NCBI GenBank assembly: GCA_044222065.1
Contig: JBGAOA010000039.1
Span: 1-42,636, forward strand
Source of the DNA: Candidatus Eiseniibacteriota bacterium
Lineage (GTDB): Bacteria; Eisenbacteria; RBG-16-71-46
Length of the DNA: 42,636 nt
Direction of reading: 5' to 3'
Under the pieces are notes generated by a model, which worked only from the letters and a program-made list of their open reading frames with translations, made no database searches and was not told where the DNA came from. The translations under genes and the position numbers were made by a program. Position 1 is the first letter of the stretch, and each line of letters begins with the position of its first letter. Shown here piece by piece: positions 8,136 to 16,910 of this stretch.

Positions 8136-9781
8136 TAGAAGAGCTCCACGCCGTTCGTGGCCGGCGTCTCGACGGTGTGCTTCGCCTCTTCGACGTACGT
8201 CTCCTCTTCGCGCTCGACGCGGGCGGCCGTCGAGGGCTCGAGCGCGCGGACGAACGCGCGTCCCGAGTCCGTCTGGAAGCGGACTTCGAGCGGAAGCCGT
8301 CCGAGGAGCCGCTCGCTCACGATCGGAATGCCTTCGCGGTGGAGGAAGTCGCGAACGAAGTCCGCATTGCGCTTCGGGACCTGCGAGTCGAAGCCGTGGG
8401 CGTGAAGCACGTGGCCCGCGCCGAACACCTTCGCCTTCAAGCGCCGGCGGTCGCCGCCGCGCTTCATGATCTCGTTGATGAGGAGCTCCATGGCGTGAAC
8501 GCCGAAGCGCGCCGACGGTCCGCCGCCGCTGCCCTCGGGGAGCAGGAAGTGGTTCATGCCGCCGACCTCGGCGTCGGGATCCCAGAGGCACGCCGCGACG
8601 CACGAGCCGAGCAGCGTGCGCACGATCGCGGGCTCGCCGCTCGCGAACACGCCGCCGACGGTGATCACGTGGAGCTGCTGGTCGCCGAAGCGCGAGCGCA
8701 TCGTGGTCGTCTCGGTCACCGTCGTGGGCGCCGCGGGGGGCGCGGGCGGCGGAAGCGGCGCTCGCGCGGGACGCGGCGCCGCGACGGGCTTCGCGGGCGG
8801 CGGCACGTAGGCCTCGGGAGCCGCGGGCCGGACCGGGGAGGCGCCCTTCAGCCGGTAGACGGTGTTCGAAACCTGCAAGAGCAAGTCGCTCATCCAGTGC
8901 AGGCTCTCGGAGTGGCCGACGATGAGGTTGCCGTCCGGCTCGAGGTGGGAGGCGAGCCCGCGCAGGACGCGGTCCTGCGTCGGTCGGTCGAAGTAGATCG
9001 CGACGTTGCGGAAGAACACGACGTCGAACGTCGTGCGGATCGGCCACGGCGACTCGATCAAATTCAGCTGGCGGAACGTCACGAGCTGCTTCGCCTCGGG
9101 GCCCACGGTGACCTCGCCGTCCCGGGGGCCTTTCGTGAAGAAGCGCGACGCGAGCGCGGCGGGCACGGGCTCGATGCGGTCCTGCGGGTACACACCCGCC
9201 TGGGCCTTCGCGAGGATGCTCGTGTCGAGGTCGGTCGCGAGGATGCGCACGTCCCACGAGCGGTCCGAACCGAGCGCATCGAGCACCGTCATCGCGATCG
9301 TGTACGGCTCCTCGCCGCTCGAGCACCCGGCGCTCCAGATGCGCAGGCGCTTCGAGCCGCCGCGCCCGGCGCGAGCCGCGGCGCGCGGCAACACTTCGTT
9401 CCGCAGGAACGCGAAGTGGTGCGATTCCCGGAAGAAATCGGTCTTGTTGGTCGTGATCGCGTTGATGAGCTGCTCGAGTTCTCCGCCGGACTCGTCGGCG
9501 ACGACGCGCCGGTAGTAGTCCATGTACGAGGAAAGCCCGAGCGCCCGAATGCGGCGGAAGAGGCGGGAGGCGAGCAGCACCTTCTTGCCCTCGGCGAGAT
9601 CGATGCCCGTCTTCTGGTGGATCAAGTCCCGGAGCTTCTGGAACTCGGCGTCGGTGAGCGCGCGCGCGAGGTCGCCGGCCAGGCTGACGTCGTCGTGCAT
9701 GGCGAACGGCGGCGCCGCCGGATCGAACCGCGAGGCGGCCGAGGCGGGCGTGTGAGGCTCCGGGCGACGGGACGGATCCAA
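8135..9781 (-). CDS. cheR: CheR methyltransferase - CheD deamidase fusion protein
   Basis: CheR motifs TTNKTDFFRE, WSAGCSSGEEPY, RNVAIYFD and GHSESL; Pro/Ala linker; CheD motifs TLLGSCVAACLWD, GGMNHFLLP and KVFGAG. One uninterrupted frame. Start is TTG 9781 or ATG 9700. Confidence 0.93.
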   Translation of the reverse strand: MDPSRRPEPHTPASAASRFDPAAPPFAMHDDVSLAGDLARALTDAEFQKLRDLIHQKTGIDLAEGKKVLLASRLFRRIRALGLSSYMDYYRRVVADESGGELEQLINAITTNKTDFFRESHHFAFLRNEVLPRAAARAGRGGSKRLRIWSAGCSSGEEPYTIAMTVLDALGSDRSWDVRILATDLDTSILAKAQAGVYPQDRIEPVPAALASRFFTKGPRDGEVTVGPEAKQLVTFRQLNLIESPWPIRTTFDVVFFRNVAIYFDRPTQDRVLRGLASHLEPDGNLIVGHSESLHWMSDLLLQVSNTVYRLKGASPVRPAAPEAYVPPPAKPVAAPRPARAPLPPPAPPAAPTTVTETTTMRSRFGDQQLHVITVGGVFASGEPAIVRTLLGSCVAACLWDPDAEVGGMNHFLLPEGSGGGPSARFGVHAMELLINEIMKRGGDRRRLKAKVFGAGHVLHAHGFDSQVPKRNADFVRDFLHREGIPIVSERLLGRLPLEVRFQTDSGRAFVRALEPSTAARVEREEETYVEEAKHTVETPATNGVELF

Positions 9782-9785
9782 GGTC

Positions 9786-11434
9786 TCAGAACTCCTCGTA
9801 GGCGTTCGCGCCGCCGCCCGAGGCGGCGCGCGCGGGAGCGGGGGCGGACGCGGCGGGCCGCGCGGGCGCGAACGTGCCCTTGAGGACCTTTCGCGCGGAG
9901 GGGGCAGGCAGCGCGACGACGCAGGAGCGCAGCTTGTCCCACGAGATCTCGGCCTCCTGGCCGAGCTGGAAGCGCGCGACGAGCTTCTGCAGGTCGCGCG
10001 CCTGCGCCGCCATGGACTGCGCCGTCGCGCTCAGTTCCTCGGTCTGCGCGGCGGCCGACTGGGTGACCTGGTCCATGCGGCTCACGGCCGTGTTGACCTG
10101 GTCGATGCCCGACGTCTGCTCGCGGTTCGACGACGCGATCTCGGCCACGATGTCGGTGAGCCGCTTCACGGACTGGACGATGTCCTCGAGCGTCGAGCCG
10201 GACTCGGTCACGAGTTCGGCGCCGTGTTCGATCTCGCGCACGGAATCCTGGATGAGCGTCTTGATCTCGGCCGCGGACGTGGCGGAGCGCTGCGCGAGGT
10301 TTCGGACCTCGGTCGCGACGACGGCGAAGCCGCGGCCCTGTTCGCCCGCGCGCGCGGCCTCGACGGCCGCGTTCAGCGCGAGCAGGTTCGTCTGGAACGC
10401 GATCTCGTCGATCGTCGTGATGATGTCCGCGATGGCCTTACTGCGCTTGTTGATCCCGGACATCGCCTCGACCGCCGTGCCGACGACGCGCCCGCCGCGC
10501 TCGGCGACGTCGCGCGCGCTCGCCGCGAGCTGGTTCGCCTGCTGCGCCGAATCGGAGTTGAGGCGCACGGTCGAAGTGATCTGTTCGAGGCTCGCCGCGG
10601 CTTCCTCGAGGTTTGAGGCCTGCTGCTGCGCTCCGTCCGCGATCTGGTTCGTGCCCGCGGACAACTCGCCGGCCGACCCGCACACGGAGTTCGCCGACTC
10701 GAGCACTTGCCGGAGCGCGGCGCGCATGTTCTGCACCGCGACGTTGAGGTGCGACGTCATCCGGCCCAGTTCGTCGTGGTCCTCGACCTCGACCTGGCCC
10801 GTCAGGTCGCCCGCGGCGACGCGCTCGAGCGCGGACGCGGTCTCGACCAGGCGGACCACGATTCCGTGCAGGATCCAGAATCCGAGCCCGAGGCACACGA
10901 CGAGCACGGCGATGGCGATGACGATCGACGTGTTCTTCGTCGCCGACACGGTGGTCGTGTAGGCGTCGAGCGTCTCGTCGTGATACCGCTGGATCGCCGC
11001 GGTCAGCGCCGTGGCCGCGGCCTCGTTCTGCGCGAAGTGGTGCTGCAGTTCCTCGATGCGGACGCGCCGCGCGGCTTCGAGATCGCCGCGCCGGACAGCC
11101 GGCAGGAACGTCCCGTCGACGTCCTTCCAGAATTCCCGGCAGGCGTGGTCGTGGTTGCGCAGAGGCTCGACGAGCTGGGGTCGGGACGCGAACGACGCGC
11201 TCCAGTGGGCGCTTCGGTCGACGTACGACTCGTGCAGCGCTTCGAGCCGCCCGACCGCGGCGGCCCGCCGGGGCCCGTCGCGCTGCTCCGTCGCTTCATA
11301 GGCGAGCAGCATGGGTTCGAGCATGTTGAGCGGCGGCGGGATCACGTCCGCGACGGCGTCCTTCGCCCGGCGGCGAACAGGAAGAGCTGTGCGCCGAACT
11401 TGTGCTTGATCCCGAGCTGGAACTTTCCTGGCAT
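9786..11434 (-). pseudogene. Methyl-accepting chemotaxis protein with N-terminal deletion and frameshift (pseudogene or assembly error)
   Basis: RBS and ATG at 11434 give MPGKFQLGIKHKFGAQLFLFAAG, then a stop at 11342. The receptor body (KDAVADVIPPP, TM2, HAMP, MA domain, ending AYEEF) is in another frame from about 11366. About 25 aa including most of TM1 are missing relative to the paralog at 11961-13673. Confidence 0.75.
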
Positions 11435-11473
11435 CTCGATCTCCCTGCGCGGATCGCCGAGGGGCGTCCGGTC

Positions 11474-11959
11474 CTAGGCGGCGGCGGCCGCGTCCGCGAC
11501 CCCCGCGACGCTCTCGACCTCGAGAAGCCCAATGAGACGGTCTCCGGCGTGCGCCATGCCGGTGAGGAACGTGGTGTCTACGCCCACGCCGCATTCCGGA
11601 GCGGATTCGACTTGGGAGGCCTCGATGTCGAGCACGTCCGAAACCGCGTCGACGATGAGCCCCACGACCTTCGGCCCGACCTTCACGACGATGATCACCG
11701 TGAACGGCGTGTACTCCTGCTCGGGCATGCCGAACCGCAGACGGAGGTCGGCGACGGGCACGACGGAGCCGCGCAGATTCATCACCCCCTTGATGTGGAG
11801 CGGCGAGTTCGGAATGGGTGTGATGGCGGAGTAACCCTTGATCTCCTGGACCTTGAGAATCTCGATGCCGTACTCCTCGTTGCCGAGGCGGAAGGTGAGG
11901 AACTGGTGTCGGCCGTCGTGAAGCCCGGAGTGCGCCGGCGTCGTCGAACGGGTGTTCAT
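11474..11959 (-). CDS. cheW: Chemotaxis adaptor CheW
   Basis: QFLTFRLGNEEYGIEILKVQEI, GVMNLRGSVVPV and GLIVDAVSDV. ATG at 11959. Confidence 0.96.
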   Translation of the reverse strand: MNTRSTTPAHSGLHDGRHQFLTFRLGNEEYGIEILKVQEIKGYSAITPIPNSPLHIKGVMNLRGSVVPVADLRLRFGMPEQEYTPFTVIIVVKVGPKVVGLIVDAVSDVLDIEASQVESAPECGVGVDTTFLTGMAHAGDRLIGLLEVESVAGVADAAAAA

Positions 11960-11960
11960 C

Positions 11961-13673
11961 TCAGAACTCCTCGAATTCGCCGGAACCGCCGGCCGCGGCG
12001 ACCCTGACGCGGCGGGCCTGCGCCGGAGCGGTGCTCGAACCCGGACCGGGCAGCACCTTTGCGAGCTTCGGGGCTGCCGGCGCGGCGTGAGCCGCCGCCG
12101 AGCGGTCCGCCGCTGTGACACCCTCGTGACCGAGCTTGAACTTCGACACCATGCTCTGAAGCGCGCAGGCCTGCTGCGAGAGTGACTGCGCGGTCGCGCT
12201 GAGCTCCTCGGTTTGCGCCGCCGACGCCTGCGTGACCTGATCCATGCGGCTCACGGCCGTGTTCACCTGGTCGATGCCGGAGGTCTGTTCGCGACTCGCA
12301 GCCGCGATCTCGGCCACGATGTCGGTGAGACGCTTCACCGACTGCACGATCTCATCGAGCGTCTGGCCGGACTGGTTGACGAGCGTCGTGCCGTCCTCGA
12401 TCTGGCGGACCGAGTCCTTGATCAGCGTCTTGATCTCCTTCGCCGCCCCGGCCGAGCGCTGTGCCAGGTTGCGAACCTCGGTCGCGACCACGGCGAAGCC
12501 GCGGCCCTGTTCGCCGGCGCGCGCGGCCTCGACTGCGGCGTTCAGTGCGAGCAGATTCGTCTGGAACGCGATCTCGTCGATCGTGGTGATGATGTCGGCG
12601 ATGGCTTTGCTGCGCTTGTTGATCTCGGTCATCGCCTCGACGGCGGTGCCGACGACGCGGCCTCCGCGCTCGGCGATCTCGCGCGAATTCGTGGCGAGCT
12701 GGTTCGCCTGTTGCGCGGCGTCGGAGTTGAGGCGCACGGTCGAAGTGATCTGTTCGAGGCTCGCCGCCGTTTCCTCGAGGCTCGACGCCTGCTCCTGGGC
12801 GCCCGACGAGATGTCCGTCGCACCGGCAGACAGCTGTTCAGAGGCCGACGCGACGAGGTTGGACGCCTGAAGCACGCCGCCCATGGCGCCGGACAGCGAC
12901 GCGACGAGGTGATTGGTCGAGCGCGCCATGGCGCCGAGCTCATCCGGCACGCCTTCGACGATGTGTGCGGTCAGATCGCCCTCGGAGACCCGTGCGAGCA
13001 CGTCTTGCGTCGCCCCCAGTCGCCTCACGATGCCGGCGATCATCGTGATTCCGATGAGCAACGCGAGGGCCGTGATGACCGGGACGAGCACGATCACGCT
13101 CCAGCGCACCGTGTTCGTGACCCCGTCGAAGCCCGCCTGTTCGCGGTTCTCGGCCGCGGTGATGGAGCGCGTCAGGTCGTCGATCTTCGGCTCGTAGACG
13201 TCGTAGACGTCGCTGAGCTCCGTAGCCATGAGCGAGCGGGCGCGTTCGAGATCGCCGGCCTCGAATGCCGGCAGCAGATCGGCGTCCACGGCCGCGAAGA
13301 AGCGCTCGCCGTCATCCGCGAGGGCTTCGAGCTGCTTCACGATCTCGGGTTCGGACGCGAGCTTCGTCCTCCACACGGCGATCCCCGCCCGGTACTCCTG
13401 CTCGTTCCGCTTGGCCTCTTCGATTTGCTTCGCACGGTCGCCTTCGTGTCGCTCGGAAGCCGCGCGGAGGAGATTCAAATACGCGGGTTCGACGCTGATC
13501 ACGGGCGGGAGCGAGACCGCGGCGAGGTCCTGGATCCTCCCCATGGAGTCGGCGTGCGAGCGAAGCTCCTGAATCCCTTTGAAGCCGACCGCCCCGACCG
13601 CGAGCAGCCCGACGGTGAACAGGGACAGGAGCAGCGTGAACTTCTGTCGTATGGTCAGCTGCAGCGAGAACAT
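11961..13673 (-). CDS. Methyl-accepting chemotaxis protein (2 TM, helical periplasmic LBD, HAMP, Tar/Tsr-like signalling domain, C-terminal pentapeptide EFEEF)
   Basis: TM1, TM2, HAMP (GDLT...DELG) and conserved tip. ATG at 13673 with AGGAGG. Confidence 0.95.
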   Translation of the reverse strand: MFSLQLTIRQKFTLLLSLFTVGLLAVGAVGFKGIQELRSHADSMGRIQDLAAVSLPPVISVEPAYLNLLRAASERHEGDRAKQIEEAKRNEQEYRAGIAVWRTKLASEPEIVKQLEALADDGERFFAAVDADLLPAFEAGDLERARSLMATELSDVYDVYEPKIDDLTRSITAAENREQAGFDGVTNTVRWSVIVLVPVITALALLIGITMIAGIVRRLGATQDVLARVSEGDLTAHIVEGVPDELGAMARSTNHLVASLSGAMGGVLQASNLVASASEQLSAGATDISSGAQEQASSLEETAASLEQITSTVRLNSDAAQQANQLATNSREIAERGGRVVGTAVEAMTEINKRSKAIADIITTIDEIAFQTNLLALNAAVEAARAGEQGRGFAVVATEVRNLAQRSAGAAKEIKTLIKDSVRQIEDGTTLVNQSGQTLDEIVQSVKRLTDIVAEIAAASREQTSGIDQVNTAVSRMDQVTQASAAQTEELSATAQSLSQQACALQSMVSKFKLGHEGVTAADRSAAAHAAPAAPKLAKVLPGPGSSTAPAQARRVRVAAAGGSGEFEEF

Positions 13674-13786
13674 CTCGTGCCTCCTGGGCTCGTGCGCTCC
13701 CGGCTCCACGATCGGAAGCCGCATGGTTCAGCGCATTCGTGTGGTTTCGGTCCGAGGGGAGGGTGGGTTCGGAACATTGGAGTGCT

Positions 13787-15583
13787 TCATGGGGATACCG
13801 CCTGGGCGATCTCGATTCCGGAGTCGCGGGCGGTCCGGCGGCCGGCGTGGAGCCGCGCGAGGCCGGCGACGTCGAGGATCAGCGCCACGCGCCCGTCGCC
13901 CATGATCGTCGCGCCCATCGTGCCCTCGACTCGCCGGTAGTTGAGATCGAGGTTCTTGATCACGACCTGCTGCTGCCCCAGCACTTCGTCCACGAACACG
14001 GCCATGCGGCGGCCTTCGTGGCTCACGATCACCACGAGCCCCTGTGTGGGATCCGTGACCGCGCTCCGGAGTCCGAGGAGCGCGTGGGTGCGGAGGAGGG
14101 GCAGCGTTTCGCCGCGCAGCAGGATCACGTCGCCCTTGCCGAGCACGCGCCGCACGTCGTCGGTCGTGGGTCGCAAGGACTCCACGATCGCCGAGAGCGG
14201 GAGCACGAACACGTGTCCGCCAACCGCGAGCGTCAGGCCATCGAGGATCGCGAGCGTCAGCGGCAGACGGATGCGGATGCGCGTGCCACGATTCGGCCGG
14301 CTGTCCACCTGCAAGCCGCCGTTGAGTCTCTCGACGTTGCGCTTGACGACGTCCATGCCCACGCCGCGGCCCGAGACGTCCGTGACCGTGGCCGCCGTAG
14401 AGAAGCCAGCTTGGAAGATCAGCGAGAAGATCTGCTCGTCGGTCGGGGTCTCGTCCGGCCGCAGCAGTCCGCGCTCGACGGCCTTCCTGCGGATGCGCTC
14501 GCGATCGAGCCCCTTGCCGTCGTCCACGACCTCGATGTGCACCGTGCCGCCCTCTGTGCGGGCGACGAGCTTGAGCGTGCCCTCGGGGAACTTCCCGGCG
14601 GCGGAGCGTTCCTCGGGCGTCTCGATTCCGTGATCCACGGCGTTGCGGACGAGGTGGGTGAGCGGATCGCCGAGCAGTTCGATCACGCCCTTGTCGATCT
14701 CGGTGTCTTCACCCTCCATCTCAAGGTGAACGCGTTTGCCGATCTGCGCGGCGAGGTCGCGCACGACGCGCGTGAAGCGGTGGAAGACGCTCGAGATCGG
14801 CACCATGCGGATGCTCATCACGCGTTCCTGCAACTCGCGCGTGTTGCGTTCGACGTCCGCGAGCGCCTCGCCGAGTCGCACGAGCGACTCGGGACGGAGG
14901 TCCTGCGCGATCTGCGTCACGATCGACTGCGCGATCACGAGCTCGCCGACCAGGTTGACGAGCTGGTCGACCTTGCCCGTCGAGACGCGGATGGACGTCG
15001 CGACGTCGGCGTCGGTCGCGCGCCGGCGGATCGCCCCCGCGGCAGGTGCGGACGGCGCGGCGGCCGGCTTGGACGCCGTGATGACGACGTCGGGGCCGTC
15101 CTCGGACCAGATCTCGGCGAAGCCGGCCTCGGGCAGCGGCGCCGTCGCGGTCGCCGCGAGCGGGCCGGGCGCCGGAGCTGCGGCCGGCGTCGTACCCGTG
15201 TCGGCTTTCGCGCGCTCGAGTTCTTCGAGCACGTGGGCCGGCTCGTCGGACGCAGGTTCGTTCGCTCTCGCCGCGCCGAGCAGCTCCTTCAGGGAGTCGG
15301 TCGCGCGGAGGAGCAGGCTCGCGAGATCGCTCGTTACCGTGCGCTCGCCCCGACGCACCTGGTCGAGGAGTCCTTCCATGATGTGAGCGAAGTGCGAGAC
15401 GTCGGTGAGTCCGAAGCTCGACGCGCCGCCCTTGATGGAGTGCGCGGCGCGGAAGACGCTGTTCAGCAGCTCGGCGTCGTTCCCGGCCGTCTCGAGCCGC
15501 AACAGGCCGGTCTCGAGCGTTCCGAGGTTCTCGAACGCCTCCTCGAAGAACAGATCCAGGAATTCCTTCAGTTCGTCGTCCAC
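13787..15583 (-). CDS. cheA: Chemotaxis histidine kinase CheA (no P2 domain)
   Basis: Hpt FRAAHSIKGGA, dimerization SIRVSTGKVDQLVNLVGELVI, HLVRNAVDHGIE, DDGKG, SGRGVGMDVV and C-terminal CheW domain. Confidence 0.97.
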   Translation of the reverse strand: MDDELKEFLDLFFEEAFENLGTLETGLLRLETAGNDAELLNSVFRAAHSIKGGASSFGLTDVSHFAHIMEGLLDQVRRGERTVTSDLASLLLRATDSLKELLGAARANEPASDEPAHVLEELERAKADTGTTPAAAPAPGPLAATATAPLPEAGFAEIWSEDGPDVVITASKPAAAPSAPAAGAIRRRATDADVATSIRVSTGKVDQLVNLVGELVIAQSIVTQIAQDLRPESLVRLGEALADVERNTRELQERVMSIRMVPISSVFHRFTRVVRDLAAQIGKRVHLEMEGEDTEIDKGVIELLGDPLTHLVRNAVDHGIETPEERSAAGKFPEGTLKLVARTEGGTVHIEVVDDGKGLDRERIRRKAVERGLLRPDETPTDEQIFSLIFQAGFSTAATVTDVSGRGVGMDVVKRNVERLNGGLQVDSRPNRGTRIRIRLPLTLAILDGLTLAVGGHVFVLPLSAIVESLRPTTDDVRRVLGKGDVILLRGETLPLLRTHALLGLRSAVTDPTQGLVVIVSHEGRRMAVFVDEVLGQQQVVIKNLDLNYRRVEGTMGATIMGDGRVALILDVAGLARLHAGRRTARDSGIEIAQAVSP

Positions 15584-15608
15584 GTTCGTCGCAGGCCCGA
15601 GGCCTTCC

Positions 15609-16196
15609 TCAGAAGAGGTCCACTTCTCCGGGGTCGAGGGAATGCTGTTGCACGATCGGCTGCACCTTCGTCAGTTCGTCGCGCCCGCCGCGGAGCAGTC
15701 GCACCAGTTCGTCCAGCGAGCTGCCCGACGGACACGCGGGCCGTCCTTCGCCGTCCGTCAACGGCGCCGCAATGCTGTCGGTGAGGGCGTGAAGACCGCG
15801 CAGTCGCAGGTCCACTTCGTGGAGCAGCTGCGAGGCGAGGTCGTCGAACTGCAGCCCCTCCGTCGCGAGGCTGCCGGTCGTCGAGAGCATCTGGAACAGT
15901 CCCGTCAATTCGCCGTGCAGCTCCGCCGGCATCGTCGTTTCGTGGCAGGTCAGGATTTCCTGGAGGGAGAGCGTCGCGGAGCGCAGCTGCGTGAACGCCT
16001 GGACGAGCCGGCCGGCGGCTTCGCTCGTGATGCGGTTCGCGCGCACGAGTCCGTCCTGGGCCGCGTAGAACTCGCGCTCCAGCGTCATCCGCACCTCGTG
16101 CTTCACGTCCCGAACCCGGTTCACGCCGTCGCTCGAGGCGGCGACGCTGCAGGTTCCGTTCAACGTGTGCATTCGCTCTCCGGACTGTTCGGTCAT
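15609..16196 (-). CDS. Helical chemotaxis-associated protein (CheZ-like or MCP-fragment-like, function unknown)
   Basis: Lies between cheY and cheA; LQFDDLASQLL motif and C-terminal VQQHSLDPGEVDLF. Start codon uncertain. Confidence 0.65.
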   Translation of the reverse strand: MTEQSGERMHTLNGTCSVAASSDGVNRVRDVKHEVRMTLEREFYAAQDGLVRANRITSEAAGRLVQAFTQLRSATLSLQEILTCHETTMPAELHGELTGLFQMLSTTGSLATEGLQFDDLASQLLHEVDLRLRGLHALTDSIAAPLTDGEGRPACPSGSSLDELVRLLRGGRDELTKVQPIVQQHSLDPGEVDLF

Positions 16197-16244
16197 CGCG
16201 TTCGGGCACTCGTCGAGCGTGATCGCTCCGTTCGCTGCGTCGAC

Positions 16245-16616
16245 TCAAGGAACGAGCTTCTGCACCACCTGAAGCAGCATGTCCGGATTGAAGGGCTTCA
16301 CGATCCAGCCGGTCGCGCCGGCCTCCTTGCCTTGCTGCTTGATCTCGGCGCGCGTCTCGGTCGTGAGGATCAGGATCGGGATTCGGCCGTACTCGGGACG
16401 CGCCCGGACCGCGCGGACGAACGTGATGCCGTCCATCACCGGCATGTACACGTCGGTCACGATGATGTCCGGCGGCGTGCCGGTGAGACGGTCCAGCCCT
16501 TCCTGACCGTTCGCTCCGACGCGCAGCTCGAACCCCGCGCTTCGCAGGGTCTGCGACACCATCTCGCGCATGACGGACGAGTCGTCGACGACAAGCGCCG
16601 TCTTCGTCGCGGTCAT
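16245..16616 (-). CDS. cheY: Chemotaxis response regulator CheY
   Basis: LVVDDS, VTDVYMP, ILTTE and GATGWIVKPF; first gene of the che operon. ATG at 16616. Confidence 0.93.
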   Translation of the reverse strand: MTATKTALVVDDSSVMREMVSQTLRSAGFELRVGANGQEGLDRLTGTPPDIIVTDVYMPVMDGITFVRAVRARPEYGRIPILILTTETRAEIKQQGKEAGATGWIVKPFNPDMLLQVVQKLVP

Positions 16617-16691
16617 GAGAAAGGAGCCTCCGATGTGAATGCGCACAGGTCGCCCGGGGACCTGCCGTCCGGGGCGCTTCTGCCAGTGGCA

Positions 16692-16718
16692 ATCTCGGTC
16701 GGGGAAAGGCGGCCTTGA
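16692..16718 (-). promoter_or_regulatory. Putative sigma-28 (FliA)-type promoter of the che operon
   Basis: Minus strand TCAA-N15-ACCGAGAT, about 75 nt upstream of cheY. Confidence 0.6.
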
Positions 16719-16882
16719 GGCGGCGGCCGTGGATTCCGGCGTCGCGGACGCGAGGCGGCCGGGACGCGGCGCAGGCATCGCACGAAGGAAGCGCCGGAAG
16801 GGACTGACGTGAGGCGGGTTAGCGGACTCCCGTCGATCGCCCTCCGCCCCACGAGACCGCCGCCGCGGGTCTGTCAGTCGGA

Positions 16883-16897
16883 CGTGCGGATTGCACG
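16883..16897. promoter_or_regulatory. Palindromic candidate operator CGTGCG-gat-TGCACG
   Basis: One mismatch to CGTGCA-N3-TGCACG; intergenic, upstream of the che operon. Confidence 0.45.
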
Positions 16898-16910
16898 GCC
16901 CGGCCGCGGA

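Noticed and set aside
11355..11380. Programmed ribosomal frameshift in the MCP
   Set aside because: No slippery heptamer or homopolymer run, and sequence is missing relative to the paralog, so recoding would not restore TM1.
13740..13775. Sixth sigma-28-like site upstream of the 13673 MCP (CGAA-N16-ACCGAAAC)
   Set aside because: The -35 element does not match TCAA; too weak to call.
16620..16910. Riboswitch (e.g. c-di-GMP) or sRNA in the long che leader
   Set aside because: No recognisable conserved riboswitch core by eye; an Rfam/Infernal search would be needed to exclude it.
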